This document shows, one piece after another, positions 29,363 through 39,196 of a DNA stretch of 64,000 nt. The position numbers were made by a program, and so were the translations under genes. Below the pieces are notes generated by a model. The model searched no databases, was not told where the DNA came from, and saw only the letters and a list, made by a program, of their open reading frames with translations. Source of the stretch: Candidatus Latescibacterota bacterium (lineage in GTDB: Bacteria; Latescibacterota; CBDEFO01); assembly GCA_965237525.1 (NCBI GenBank), contig CBDEFO010000007.1, positions 448,001 through 512,000 of the forward strand, written 5' to 3'. Each line of letters opens with the position of its first letter. Position 1 is the first letter of the stretch.

Positions 29363-31957
29363 ATGAGAAAACGCAGCATAGTTGCCTATACATTGCTGGC
29401 CGTTGGATTAACGGCTCTCAATGCCTGTGGGCCCATGGAGTGGATGAAAGTGGATCGAGACAAGGGTTACGTTGTCTTTAATTACAGCACGCTTAAGAAC
29501 CTGCCGCCTTCGCACGTGCCCACGCCGGGCGACGTTGCCAAGCAGGTTTCATGCACCTTAGCCGGGGATGAGTACGAGCCGGTTCAGATTGGTGTTCACG
29601 CGCTGGCCGATGGCTTGACGAACATCCGGGTCACGGTGGTATCTGACCTCGAGGTGGCGGTCTATCACCGCATCGATCCAGGAATCAAGCAACAAGTGGC
29701 CTCAGAACCCGGCGCGACGGTGCTAATGCGGGTGCCAAGCGAAGTGTATTTGCAGCGAGGAGAGGTTGTTGGCGAACTTGCTAAAGGCGAATCCATCAAT
29801 TTTTGGCTGCTGTTCCGTGCTGATGCTGAAACATCTCCCGGCGTGCATCAGGGTAAGATCCGCATTAAGCCGGACGGGCGGGCGGCGACGGAGCTGGACC
29901 TGGCGGTGCGCGTCAGGCCTTTTCAACTGGCGGAGCCGCGAGCAGTATTTGCCGTGTACTTTCGTGAGGATATGTTACCCAAGCGATTTGGATCCTGGGA
30001 ACTGGAGGATCAGGTTGCGCTGGCGTTTTACCGTGATATGGCTGCGCACGGGCAGAACTCGGTTACATTCTATGGTGGGGGAGACTACCGGACCGAGTTG
30101 CCGCCACTAAACAGCCGGATGGTGGAGAAATCCCTCGCATTGGCCAAAAAGGCGGGGCTCACTCGCCCGCGAATTCCCGTTGTAACCGTGGCCAGCATGG
30201 TCGGTGACGACATTTCCCGAACGCAGCAGAAGGCGGCAGTGGCCTGGTTGGGGAAGGAGGGGCGCCGGCTCGGCTGGCCGGAGATTGTCTTATTCGGTCG
30301 GGATGAAGGGATGTATCCAGCGCTCAGGTTTCGGAAAATCTTTACTCCCCTGCGCCCGTTGCCGATTCGCGTGTCGGCGGATATGAGTCACATCTCGCCG
30401 GCGTACGCCTATGGTGATTTTCTCGACGTGTGGACTGTGCACGACGGCTTGCTCACACCCGAGTTGCAGGCCGAAGCCAAACGGATGGGTGCAGAGGTCT
30501 GGAGCTACTCCTATCGCATATGGAGGCAGAGCTTCAGCCCGATTACTCAGCGCTACTACGTCGGACTGCACACCTGGGCGCACCGGATCGAAGGCAATTG
30601 GCTGTGGGCATACTCTCACGGGCCTCACAGTCAGGTGTGGTGGAAACCGGACAGCCACGAGCCGATGCCCCATACTGGTTGGGAGGGCCGCCGCGAAGGC
30701 GTTGACGACTATCGCTACCTGCAGATGGTCGAGGACCTGGTCGAGGCGAAGACACCCGACCCGACAGCCATCGAGGCGGGGGCGTGGGTGGAGGCGCTAA
30801 GGGCACGCCTGACGCTAAAATCCATCCTGCCGCACCAGGTGGAGGCAGGCACGCCGTTAACGATTGAGGAGTATGACGCGATTCGAGCCACGGCGGCCGA
30901 TTACATTGAAAAGCTCGGCCCGATAGTGGACCGGAAAGAGCGGCGGACCGGTAGGGGTCTGAAGGACGAGGCTGCGGCCTTCCGCGGCAAGTCGGTGAAA
31001 CGGTGTATCGCGGGGCTGCGTGGTTCTGATGTTTCTAAACGCCGGGCAGCTGCGTGGGCGCTGTATGAACTGGGCCCCCAGGCCGCTAAAGCCACGCCGG
31101 CGCTTATCTCGTTGCTCGATGATCCGGAAGTGCGCTTTCCGGCCCTACATGCACTCGAGGCGATCGGCCCCGATGCGTATCCGGCGGCGACGAAAATAGC
31201 CTCGCTGCTGTCACATCCTGATGCTGTCGTGCGCCAGGGCGCGACGTTCGCCCTGGCCGGCATCGCCCGCCCACGAAACTGGGATGAAGATTTCAACGGA
31301 TATGCACTCGAGGATGTGTCGCCGTATGCTCACGTAGTCGTACCTGCGTTGCGGCAAGCGTTGCGTGATTCGCATCAGGACATCGTGTGGATAGCCGGGT
31401 ACGGGCTGTCCCGTTGCGGCGAGGCCGCTGCACCGGCACTGTCCGACGCAATGAAGCTGGTCGCAGGCAAACCGCACGATAACGTCGGCGCCGCGACGCG
31501 GGCGCTGGCCGGGATGGGGCCGGCAGCCGCGGCAGCCGTCCCGCTTCTAGTCGAGCATTACACCGCTGCCAAAGCCAAAGATCGCTATGTCACGCTGGCG
31601 CTGGCAGCCATTGGACCGGCTGCATCCGACGCCGTTGCCGTCCTGGAGCGGTACCGCACGCCGCAAAACTCACACCTGGCTGACACGTGCTACGCCCTGT
31701 TCTGCATTCGTGGCGAGGAGTCAGACCTCAAAACAATGGTCGGGTTGCTGGGCGACAAGGAGAATTGCGGGGCGTGGGAGGATGTCGTCAGGTACCTCAT
31801 CGCTCTCGGCGCCAAAGCCGCACCGGTCGCCCCCCTGGTGCGGGATCGATTGTCCCTTCTGAAGGCTAGACCTGATCTGGTCAGCCAACTCGAGTTGACA
31901 TTTTTCCGCAGAGTTGAGGAAGGCGGAAGCCCCCTCAGGTTGCTGCCGTACAACTGA
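29363..31957 (+). CDS. G6: GH123/DUF4091-like plus HEAT protein with a lipoprotein-like signal
   Basis: N-terminus almost identical to G3, centre like G5, C-terminus of the G1/G3 type (SPLRLLP). Confidence 0.7.
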   Translation: MRKRSIVAYTLLAVGLTALNACGPMEWMKVDRDKGYVVFNYSTLKNLPPSHVPTPGDVAKQVSCTLAGDEYEPVQIGVHALADGLTNIRVTVVSDLEVAVYHRIDPGIKQQVASEPGATVLMRVPSEVYLQRGEVVGELAKGESINFWLLFRADAETSPGVHQGKIRIKPDGRAATELDLAVRVRPFQLAEPRAVFAVYFREDMLPKRFGSWELEDQVALAFYRDMAAHGQNSVTFYGGGDYRTELPPLNSRMVEKSLALAKKAGLTRPRIPVVTVASMVGDDISRTQQKAAVAWLGKEGRRLGWPEIVLFGRDEGMYPALRFRKIFTPLRPLPIRVSADMSHISPAYAYGDFLDVWTVHDGLLTPELQAEAKRMGAEVWSYSYRIWRQSFSPITQRYYVGLHTWAHRIEGNWLWAYSHGPHSQVWWKPDSHEPMPHTGWEGRREGVDDYRYLQMVEDLVEAKTPDPTAIEAGAWVEALRARLTLKSILPHQVEAGTPLTIEEYDAIRATAADYIEKLGPIVDRKERRTGRGLKDEAAAFRGKSVKRCIAGLRGSDVSKRRAAAWALYELGPQAAKATPALISLLDDPEVRFPALHALEAIGPDAYPAATKIASLLSHPDAVVRQGATFALAGIARPRNWDEDFNGYALEDVSPYAHVVVPALRQALRDSHQDIVWIAGYGLSRCGEAAAPALSDAMKLVAGKPHDNVGAATRALAGMGPAAAAAVPLLVEHYTAAKAKDRYVTLALAAIGPAASDAVAVLERYRTPQNSHLADTCYALFCIRGEESDLKTMVGLLGDKENCGAWEDVVRYLIALGAKAAPVAPLVRDRLSLLKARPDLVSQLELTFFRRVEEGGSPLRLLPYN

Positions 31958-32325
31958 AGAATGAGTCGCAAGGAGCAGTAGCATGAGTGACTAAATCGTG
32001 GATATTCATAAACACCAACGGTATCGGTACACGTATTCGGCCGCCCATGAAGCGATTGCGAATGTAGAGCCAGGGCAGCGTGTACGTATTCACTGTGTGG
32101 ACTGCTTTGAGAATCGCCTGGTGCGCGAAGACCAAAGTTGTTCCGAGGTCTGTGAATATCCGTACTTAAACCCGCAAACAGGACCGGTCTACGTCAATGG
32201 CGAGGAGGGGGGCGACACCCTGCTCGTGCACATTGATGACATCGAAATTACTCGGGACTGGGCGGTTACGGGTTAGGGGTTGAATATCAAATGAAATCGG
32301 TGCACCTAATTTGATCTTTGTTTAG

Positions 32326-33844
32326 AAGCCTTGTGAAATAGTTATGTCCCAGGCAGCGTCTGAAGCGCCGATTATGGGTCAAAGAGTAGCATATCGTATC
32401 GTTTTGCTGTGGAATAAGCAAAATAGTCTTATCAGAGTTCTGGTCAGCAAGGAACAGGAGCTGTTTGAAGAACAGGATGCACTGTCTTTGACAGACAGGG
32501 CACACATAGACGCTTTCCCCCTTCTTATGAAAGATACAAGCCTCTTGAGATTCTGTACTGTTGCAACAAGATTCAACTGTTCATTCAGTGAGGCTGGTCC
32601 TCTATAACGGGCTCGTCCCATACCGTGTTGTTGCCTGGCTTCAGCAAAGATATGTTCACTGCGTTTACGGAGTCTCCGGGAGAGTTTGTAGTCAGCTGTT
32701 AATGAGATAGACCGTGCATGATTTCTGGCTTTCGCCTCTCGCACTTTTCTATCCCGTTCGGCCTGAATATGTGCTGGATTTGTCTTGTTTTTCCATGTAG
32801 GAATCGGTTCAATCTTCTCATCGGCTCGCAGAGGAATATGGGGTATGATTCCCCGGTCAAGTACATCAGCGATAAAATTACCAGAACCGTAACCGGTATC
32901 GGCACTAAGTGTCTGAATGTCTTTGGGCATGGTGTATGTTTCAAGGTCATCTACCATCTTAAGGGCACTTTCGGGCTCTGCTGTCCCTGTCGCCTGCGTG
33001 CCCTGAGTCTCAAGGATTACTCTGCTTTTTGTGTCGATCAGATCATGGCCCATAAACGAGAGAAAAGCCCCTTTGCCCTTCGATTTGCTGTATAAGCGCG
33101 CGTCGGGGTCTGTAGTCGAACGGTGTGTTTGGTTCGTCCACTTTTCACCATGAAAGTCTTTATCCTGAGGATGCCCGGACCTACCCTTTGTCTTATCACC
33201 TTCAAAACCGATTCCCTTGAGATAATCATCAAGAGAAACAGGGGGTTCTATCGGCTCAATACTTTTCACTGAAGCATCAGCTTGTATCTGAGTGCCGTCG
33301 ACACTAAGGTGTTTACCGCTCACAAGACCGACATCTATGCAACACTGGACTACCTGACGCATTATCCGTTCAAACAACCCACTGGATGCCCACTTGTGAT
33401 TGCGAAGCTTGTTGATCGTGCTCCTATCCGGAACCGCATCATCAAATGTCTGATGACAAAACAACCGATATGCCGCATGCATCCCCACTTCCTGACAGAG
33501 CCGATTCTCACTCAAATTATACAGATAGCCAATAAGGATCATTCGAACAACTAATTCAGGATCAATACCGGGTCTGCCATTGTCAGGGCAATAACAATCT
33601 GATACAACGTCTCGTACAAATGAAAAATCAACTGCCTCATCAATCTGACGAAGGATATGATCCTCGGGAACTAAATCCTCCATCTGAAAATAGTGAAACA
33701 TCGGATTTGTCTGTTCCTGCTTTTGTGGGGTCATTGTTTCCTCCATGTATAATATTATCAATAACATAATATAATACATCGGAGCTGCTTTATCAATGCT
33801 TGTTCTATACTACTTTCTGAATCTAAGGGTTTTTCACAAGGCTT
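32326..33844 (-). mobile_element. IS1182-family-like element (1519 bp) nested in IS copy 2
   Basis: 13-bp perfect TIR AAGCCTTGTGAAA; 4-bp TSD TTAG; copy 1 shows the empty site. Confidence 0.9.
32379..33779 (-). CDS. IS1182-like DDE transposase (true start probably MTPQK, about 33734)
   Basis: LVPEDHILRQID..GRPGIDP (DUF772-like), VDGTQIQA, STTDPDARL, ADTGYGS, RKRSEHIFAE. Confidence 0.88.
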   Translation of the reverse strand: MYYIMLLIILYMEETMTPQKQEQTNPMFHYFQMEDLVPEDHILRQIDEAVDFSFVRDVVSDCYCPDNGRPGIDPELVVRMILIGYLYNLSENRLCQEVGMHAAYRLFCHQTFDDAVPDRSTINKLRNHKWASSGLFERIMRQVVQCCIDVGLVSGKHLSVDGTQIQADASVKSIEPIEPPVSLDDYLKGIGFEGDKTKGRSGHPQDKDFHGEKWTNQTHRSTTDPDARLYSKSKGKGAFLSFMGHDLIDTKSRVILETQGTQATGTAEPESALKMVDDLETYTMPKDIQTLSADTGYGSGNFIADVLDRGIIPHIPLRADEKIEPIPTWKNKTNPAHIQAERDRKVREAKARNHARSISLTADYKLSRRLRKRSEHIFAEARQQHGMGRARYRGPASLNEQLNLVATVQNLKRLVSFIRRGKASMCALSVKDSASCSSNSSCSLLTRTLIRLFCLFHSKTIRYATL

Positions 33845-33902
33845 TTAGAGTATTAGTAGATTAAGTTGAGTTGATTGTCTTAACTTTAATCTACGGAGTC
33901 CT

Positions 33903-35093
33903 ATGGACAAAGAGAGATTGGCCGTATTAAGACAAGAAGTCAACGAGATGTATTTTAAGAAAGAAATGTCAAAGCGAGAAGTTATCAAACAAGCGAGAGT
34001 TTCCAATGATTTCGTTACGGCTTGGACTAAATCTCTGGATCAGGATTTTGCCATGGATAATCGGGGTTGGCCAAAAGGAAAAAGGCGAAAATTGGCTAAA
34101 GTTGACGAACAGAGAATCAAAGAGATTTACCATAGCTTAGAGGACGATCCTTATCAGTTCTATTCAGGAGCCACTGTTATTGAACAAGAATGGAGGAATC
34201 GATATTCTAGCACCCCTCCTCCGTCGTTGCCGACTATCGGCAGAATGCTTTCAGATTTAGGACTTTCCCAGAGAAGGAAGAAAGGTAAAAACAAGGGTGC
34301 ATCTCGTTATCTTTGTTATCCAGAGTATACCATTTACTATCTTTCAGGAGGCAGAGTCCTAGAATCAGACTTTATTGGTAAAAAGTATCTTACCGGCAGA
34401 ACTGAGCCGGTCAACTTCGTTGGATTTTCCTTTAAGAAAGAGCCTAAGTTAAGGTATTTTCGGCGGGTTGACGGTCAAACAGCAACTAACTTTATCGAGA
34501 AGTGTCAGTCTTTCTTTGACAGGTTTGAAAAACCAGATTTCGTTAAGGTGGACAATTGCTCGGCGACTATTGGCAGTGTTTCAGGTAAAAGGAATGTCAG
34601 CAAAGCAATGCAGTTTCTCTTGAAAAATCAAGTGATTCCGATATTTGCCGTTCCCAGAAGGCCCTTTTCTCAAGCATCTATAGAAGGCAACAATTCTGTA
34701 TTTTCAAGGAAGTTCTGGAACAGAATTCAGTTCAAAAGCTTACAAGAAGTTGATCAGAAGTTAGAATGGTTTAATCTTTCATCACAGAGATACACCGGCT
34801 ACCGTCCACCTAAGCAAGAGAAGTCAAACGAGAAAGATTTCATTCCCAAGACCTATTTTATCAGACAAGTCAAACAGGACACAGAACAGACAGATAAAGC
34901 CTTTATCGATGTCCTAAATGAGAAAGTATCTCTTCCCTCCTCTTACACCAACTACTTTGTCCTGGCTGAATGGAACCTAAAAGAAGAACAATTATACATC
35001 CATTTTGAAAAAGAACAGAAACCAAAGATTGTCGAAAACCTATCATTCAAGATCAATCAAAGATCGAAAGAGAAGTGCACCGATTTCATTTGA
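33903..35093 (+). CDS. DDE transposase, copy 2
   Basis: Identical to 2833-4023 apart from KSPD to KSLD. Confidence 0.85.
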   Translation: MDKERLAVLRQEVNEMYFKKEMSKREVIKQARVSNDFVTAWTKSLDQDFAMDNRGWPKGKRRKLAKVDEQRIKEIYHSLEDDPYQFYSGATVIEQEWRNRYSSTPPPSLPTIGRMLSDLGLSQRRKKGKNKGASRYLCYPEYTIYYLSGGRVLESDFIGKKYLTGRTEPVNFVGFSFKKEPKLRYFRRVDGQTATNFIEKCQSFFDRFEKPDFVKVDNCSATIGSVSGKRNVSKAMQFLLKNQVIPIFAVPRRPFSQASIEGNNSVFSRKFWNRIQFKSLQEVDQKLEWFNLSSQRYTGYRPPKQEKSNEKDFIPKTYFIRQVKQDTEQTDKAFIDVLNEKVSLPSSYTNYFVLAEWNLKEEQLYIHFEKEQKPKIVENLSFKINQRSKEKCTDFI

Positions 35094-35800
35094 TAAATAA
35101 CCGTTAGGTGCCGAGATTTGGCCTGCTCACGGGAAGCACGGTTATGGCAATGCTTACCGAGAGTCTTCCTGAAGTGGTGCGCAAACTACCCATTCGCGAC
35201 GACCGCGTGTGGTTTGGCAAGCTCAGCCGGCGACTATCGCGCCTTATGGGTACCGTGGGCACGGCACCCAAGCTCGAAGCCATTAATGCCCTGACGCCTT
35301 CTTATTATGGTGGCAACATGGATTGTGCTGAGACCTGTTCGGGCAACACGTTGCACCTTCCTGTCCACAACGCAGGCGGACTTTTTTTCTGTGGTGACGG
35401 GCACGCGACACAGGGCCACGGCGAGATTGGCGGCGTGGCGTGCGAAGTGCCGGTGAATCTGATTTGCCGTTTTGAGTTGATCAAGGGCCAGGCCATCAAA
35501 TGGCCGCGAATAACCAACGACCACTACATGATGGTCATCGGCAGTGCGAGGCCACTCGAGGACGCGACGCGGATCGCGTGCGCCGAACTGATTGATTGGG
35601 TTGCGAGAGAATATGATATGGATCGCACGGATGCCTTGGTATGGATCACACAGATACTGGAACTGCGTGTGGGCAATGTGTGTGACCCTAATTACTCGGG
35701 TCGTTGCCGCGGTGCCTCGAAGTGCACTCGAGAGAAGGCCTAAAGCGCGTACCAAGACATTGTGAGGAACGATTCACTGACGAAATTAGGAGGTTTGAAC

Positions 35801-38800
35801 ATGGGACACCGTAGCATGATTGTTCTTGCACTGCTGGCAATTGGTTTAGTGGCGGTCAGTACACGTGGACAAGGAGAGGCGAGCGCGAAGGACAAGTGGA
35901 CCAAAGCCGAACGGGACAAGGGTTATGTGGTCTTCGCCTACTCCACGATGAAAAACCTGCCGGCAGGCCACGTACCGCGTCGGGACAGCACTGTAAACAG
36001 GCTTACATGCGTGTCCTCGCAACAGATGAGTATGAATCGCTCCAATTCGGTGTGCACGCGATTGCTGACGATCTCGAGGCTATATCGGTGAATGTAGAGT
36101 CAGACCTTGATGTTACCGTATATCACCGGATTCTGCCAGCTGTCAAGGAACAACTGGCACTCGAACCCATGGATTCGGGGGAGGTCAGCGGCTGGATACC
36201 GAGCAAAATTCTGTTGCAGCGGGGGAATGTGTTTCCTGTCCTTGGAGCAGGGCAGAGCGTCAACTTCTGGCTGACGTTTCACGCCGACCGGGACACCAAG
36301 CCTGGTCGGCATCTGGGAAAGGTCCGGATAAGAACGGCCGGTAAGTCACCAACCTTTGTAGATTTGGCGATAACGGTGCGCCCATTCGCGTTACAGCGCC
36401 CGCGAATTCCGTATGGCATGTGGTGCCGCGAAGATATGCTGCCGAAGCGTTTCGGCGGCGTGTCGACACCGCGGGAGACGATGTTAAAGATTTACCGGGA
36501 CATGGCAGTGCACGGCCAAAACGCCGGTGCCTTCTATCCGGCCGGCAACTTTTTCCCCGTGGCGCCGGAGAACGACCACGTACTGCACAAGTTGCTGCCA
36601 TTGGCGAAGGAGGCCGGACTCGTTGATCCTCAGGTCAGCAGCACGTTGATCGGCGGCATCACAGGGGGGTACACGCGTGAGCAGGTGGAGGAGGAGGCAT
36701 CCTGGCTGCAGGCCGAGTGCCGCGAGAAGGGTTGGCCGGAGCTTGTCGGTTTCGGCCCGGATGAGCCGGACTATCCGGAGGAAGACATCGAGGTCAGGGA
36801 GGCTTGCGAGTCGATGCGCGGTACCTCGTTTCGGATGAATCTGGATCAATCCGAGCTTTCTGCAGTATACGGCTACTCCACGTATGGACTGTACGACATT
36901 CAAACGGCAGCAGAGGGCGTGGTTACACCGGAGGTCATGGCCGAAGCAAAGCGCCTGGGGACCGAGATGCAGGTCTATTCTTACACTATATGGCGGGATG
37001 GTTTCTATCCCGTGCGCCAGCGTTATTTCGCCGGACTCCACACTTGGTCGTTGGGGCTCCGTGGTAATTGGATCTGGGCCTATAATCATGGAAAGCACCG
37101 GCATGCCTGGTTTGCACCGGGCAGTGATGAGCCGCAGCCGGTAACCGGTTGGGAGATGCGCCGCGAGGGCGTCGATGACTATCGTTATCTGCAGATGCTC
37201 GAGGATGCCGTGGCGGCAAATCCCGAGAAGCCGCTGGCGCGGGAGGCGAAGTCATGGTTGGCGGGCTTGCGGGCGCGACTGGAAAAAATCACCCAGCCCC
37301 TGGACGTGGTGGCCGGCAAACCATTGGCACTTGCCGAATACGACGAAATTCGCGCCAGGGCTGCGTCCTACATTCAGCGCCAGGGCCCGATTCCACCTAC
37401 GGCTGTGGCGCGCCAGCCGAGGCTCCGCCCGACGGATGAGGCGGCTCCCTTCAGGGGCAAGTCCGTGGCGGCGTGCATAAAGGGGTTGCGTGATGCTGAC
37501 GCGTCACAGCGTCGTGCGGCAGCCTGGGCCCTTTTTGATATGGGGCCGAAGGCAGCGGCGGCGACAGCGACGCTTGCACAGCTGCTTGATGACGACGATG
37601 TACGGATGCCGGCGTTGCATGCCCTCGAGGCCATCGGTCCGCAGGCGTATCCGGCTGTACCGCAAATCGCGCGCCTGCTGAAGCATCCGGATTCCTACTT
37701 CCGCATGGGGGCGGTGCTAACGCTCGCGAGGATTGGTTGCCCGTTGGATAAGCGCGTAAAAAGTGGGCGTCGATCGCCGTCGGCACAGGCTGCCACTGTC
37801 GCCGGACCGCTGACGGGTGCCTTACTGGATGATCAACCCGTCGTAGCGCGCAAAGTCGCGACAATCATCTCAGCGTTGGGGCCGGCTGCGAAGCTGGCAA
37901 TTCCGACGGTAATCGTCATGCTTGAGTCCTCCAACCGCGCCACTCGCGCCTCTGGAGTCGCCCTGATCACCGGCCTCGGGCCGGATGCCGCCGGGGCAGC
38001 GGCAACGCTGGCGGCACTGCACGCGAAGAGTCCCGGCAACAGCGCCGTCATAAAGGCACTGGCTACCATCGGGCCAGCCGCCGAGATGGCCATACCGGCA
38101 CTAGAGAAATACGCCGCGAAGGACGATCCCGGCAACGAGCAGGCAGAGTCTTATTATGCCCTCACCTGTATCCGCGGAGGGACTGCGGACCTGTGGAAAA
38201 TGGTCGACTTGCTCAAGAACCCGAGGGTAACGGTGGTTACGAAGAATTACGTCGTCACGCTTTTCGATGAATTGGGCCCTAGAGCCGCGCCCGTTGCCGA
38301 CGCTGTTCGCAGCCTGACGAAAGACGGCAAGTTCACCAATACCAAGAGAGTATCCGGTTTCGGCAAGACGTCACCGGCCGAGGCGCACTACTTGGATGGC
38401 GCTGATTGTCGGAACCTTGTCCCGCGGTTGAGGGTCTTGGCGCGACTGCCGATCGACGGTTGGCGGTTTAAGGACGATCCCCGGGGAGTCGGCGTTGAAG
38501 AGGGATATTTCAGGCCGGATTTTCCGTCCGCAAATCTTAGCGAAATAAAGATCGCCGAGTTCTGGGACGAGCAAGGATTCAAGGACCTCAGAGAGGGATG
38601 GTATCGGCTTCGATACAAGTGTCCGGACTTGCCTGACGGCAAGCGGTTGTTCCTCCATTTCGGAGCCGTCGATGAATCCGCCTGGCTCTATGTCGATGGC
38701 AAGCTCGTCGCCTGGTACGACACCGCCGATCCAGACGAGACCTGGAGCAAGCCGTTCCTTCTGGACGTGTCGGGCAGCCTCAAGAGCCAGGGCGAGCATC

Positions 38801-38877
38801 TGCTGGCGATCAAGGTACACAACTATGCCGGTTCTGGCGGACTCTATAAGCCGGTGAGTCTGATGGTCGAAAAGTGA
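35801..38877 (+). pseudogene. G7: GH123/DUF4091-like plus HEAT plus C-terminal GH2-type sugar-binding domain; +2 frameshift at about 36011
   Basis: AGGAGG RBS and signal peptide in one frame, VLATDEYESLQ onward in another (GTGT duplication); C-terminal LFLHFGAVDESAWLYVDGK..GGLYKPV. Confidence 0.7.
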
Positions 38878-39196
38878 TTGAGGACGGAAAAGCGATGAGA
38901 AAACGAAACATGTTCGGAATTGTACTACTGACAGTTGGATTGTCGCCTGGGCAACGTGTGCGCACGCTGCAGATCGTCGGGCCGTTGGGTATCAAGGGAT
39001 TCTCCTCATAAATTCTATTATGATCTACTAAAATTCGAGTGCAAATATGTAGCATAATGCTTCTTGTGGCAAAGAACTCAAGAATTTTGAAAGAACTCAA
39101 AAAAGTTTTGGATGTTTTCTGTCTCTCATGTCACTAATTATTAGAGGACGTAGTACACAGTAAACGGTTTCGCACAGATACGACCGGAGGCAGAAG

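Larger units (their letters stand above)
32278..35102 (+). mobile_element. Insertion sequence copy 2 (same element as 2731-4032) carrying a nested IS
   Basis: Same TIRs as copy 1; 6-bp TSD GTTAGG at 32272-32277 and 35103-35108. Confidence 0.92.
31998..35743 (+). pseudogene. Acetamidase/formamidase family gene split by the nested IS, with an additional stop and frameshift
   Basis: 5' part NPQTGPVYVNG..GDTLLVHI; 3' part GGNMD, GDGHATQGHGEIGG; in-frame TAG inside the TSD; likely extra G near 35700. Confidence 0.85.

Noticed and set aside
17034..31957. Diversity-generating retroelement or invertase shufflon behind the array variation
   Set aside because: No reverse transcriptase or site-specific recombinase in the window; all copies are co-oriented; differences do not look adenine-specific
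32272..32277. TAG readthrough or recoding (in-frame TAGs here and near 2718 and 4042)
   Set aside because: uvrB and nadC end in TAG at the expected positions, and the affected sequences have other lesions
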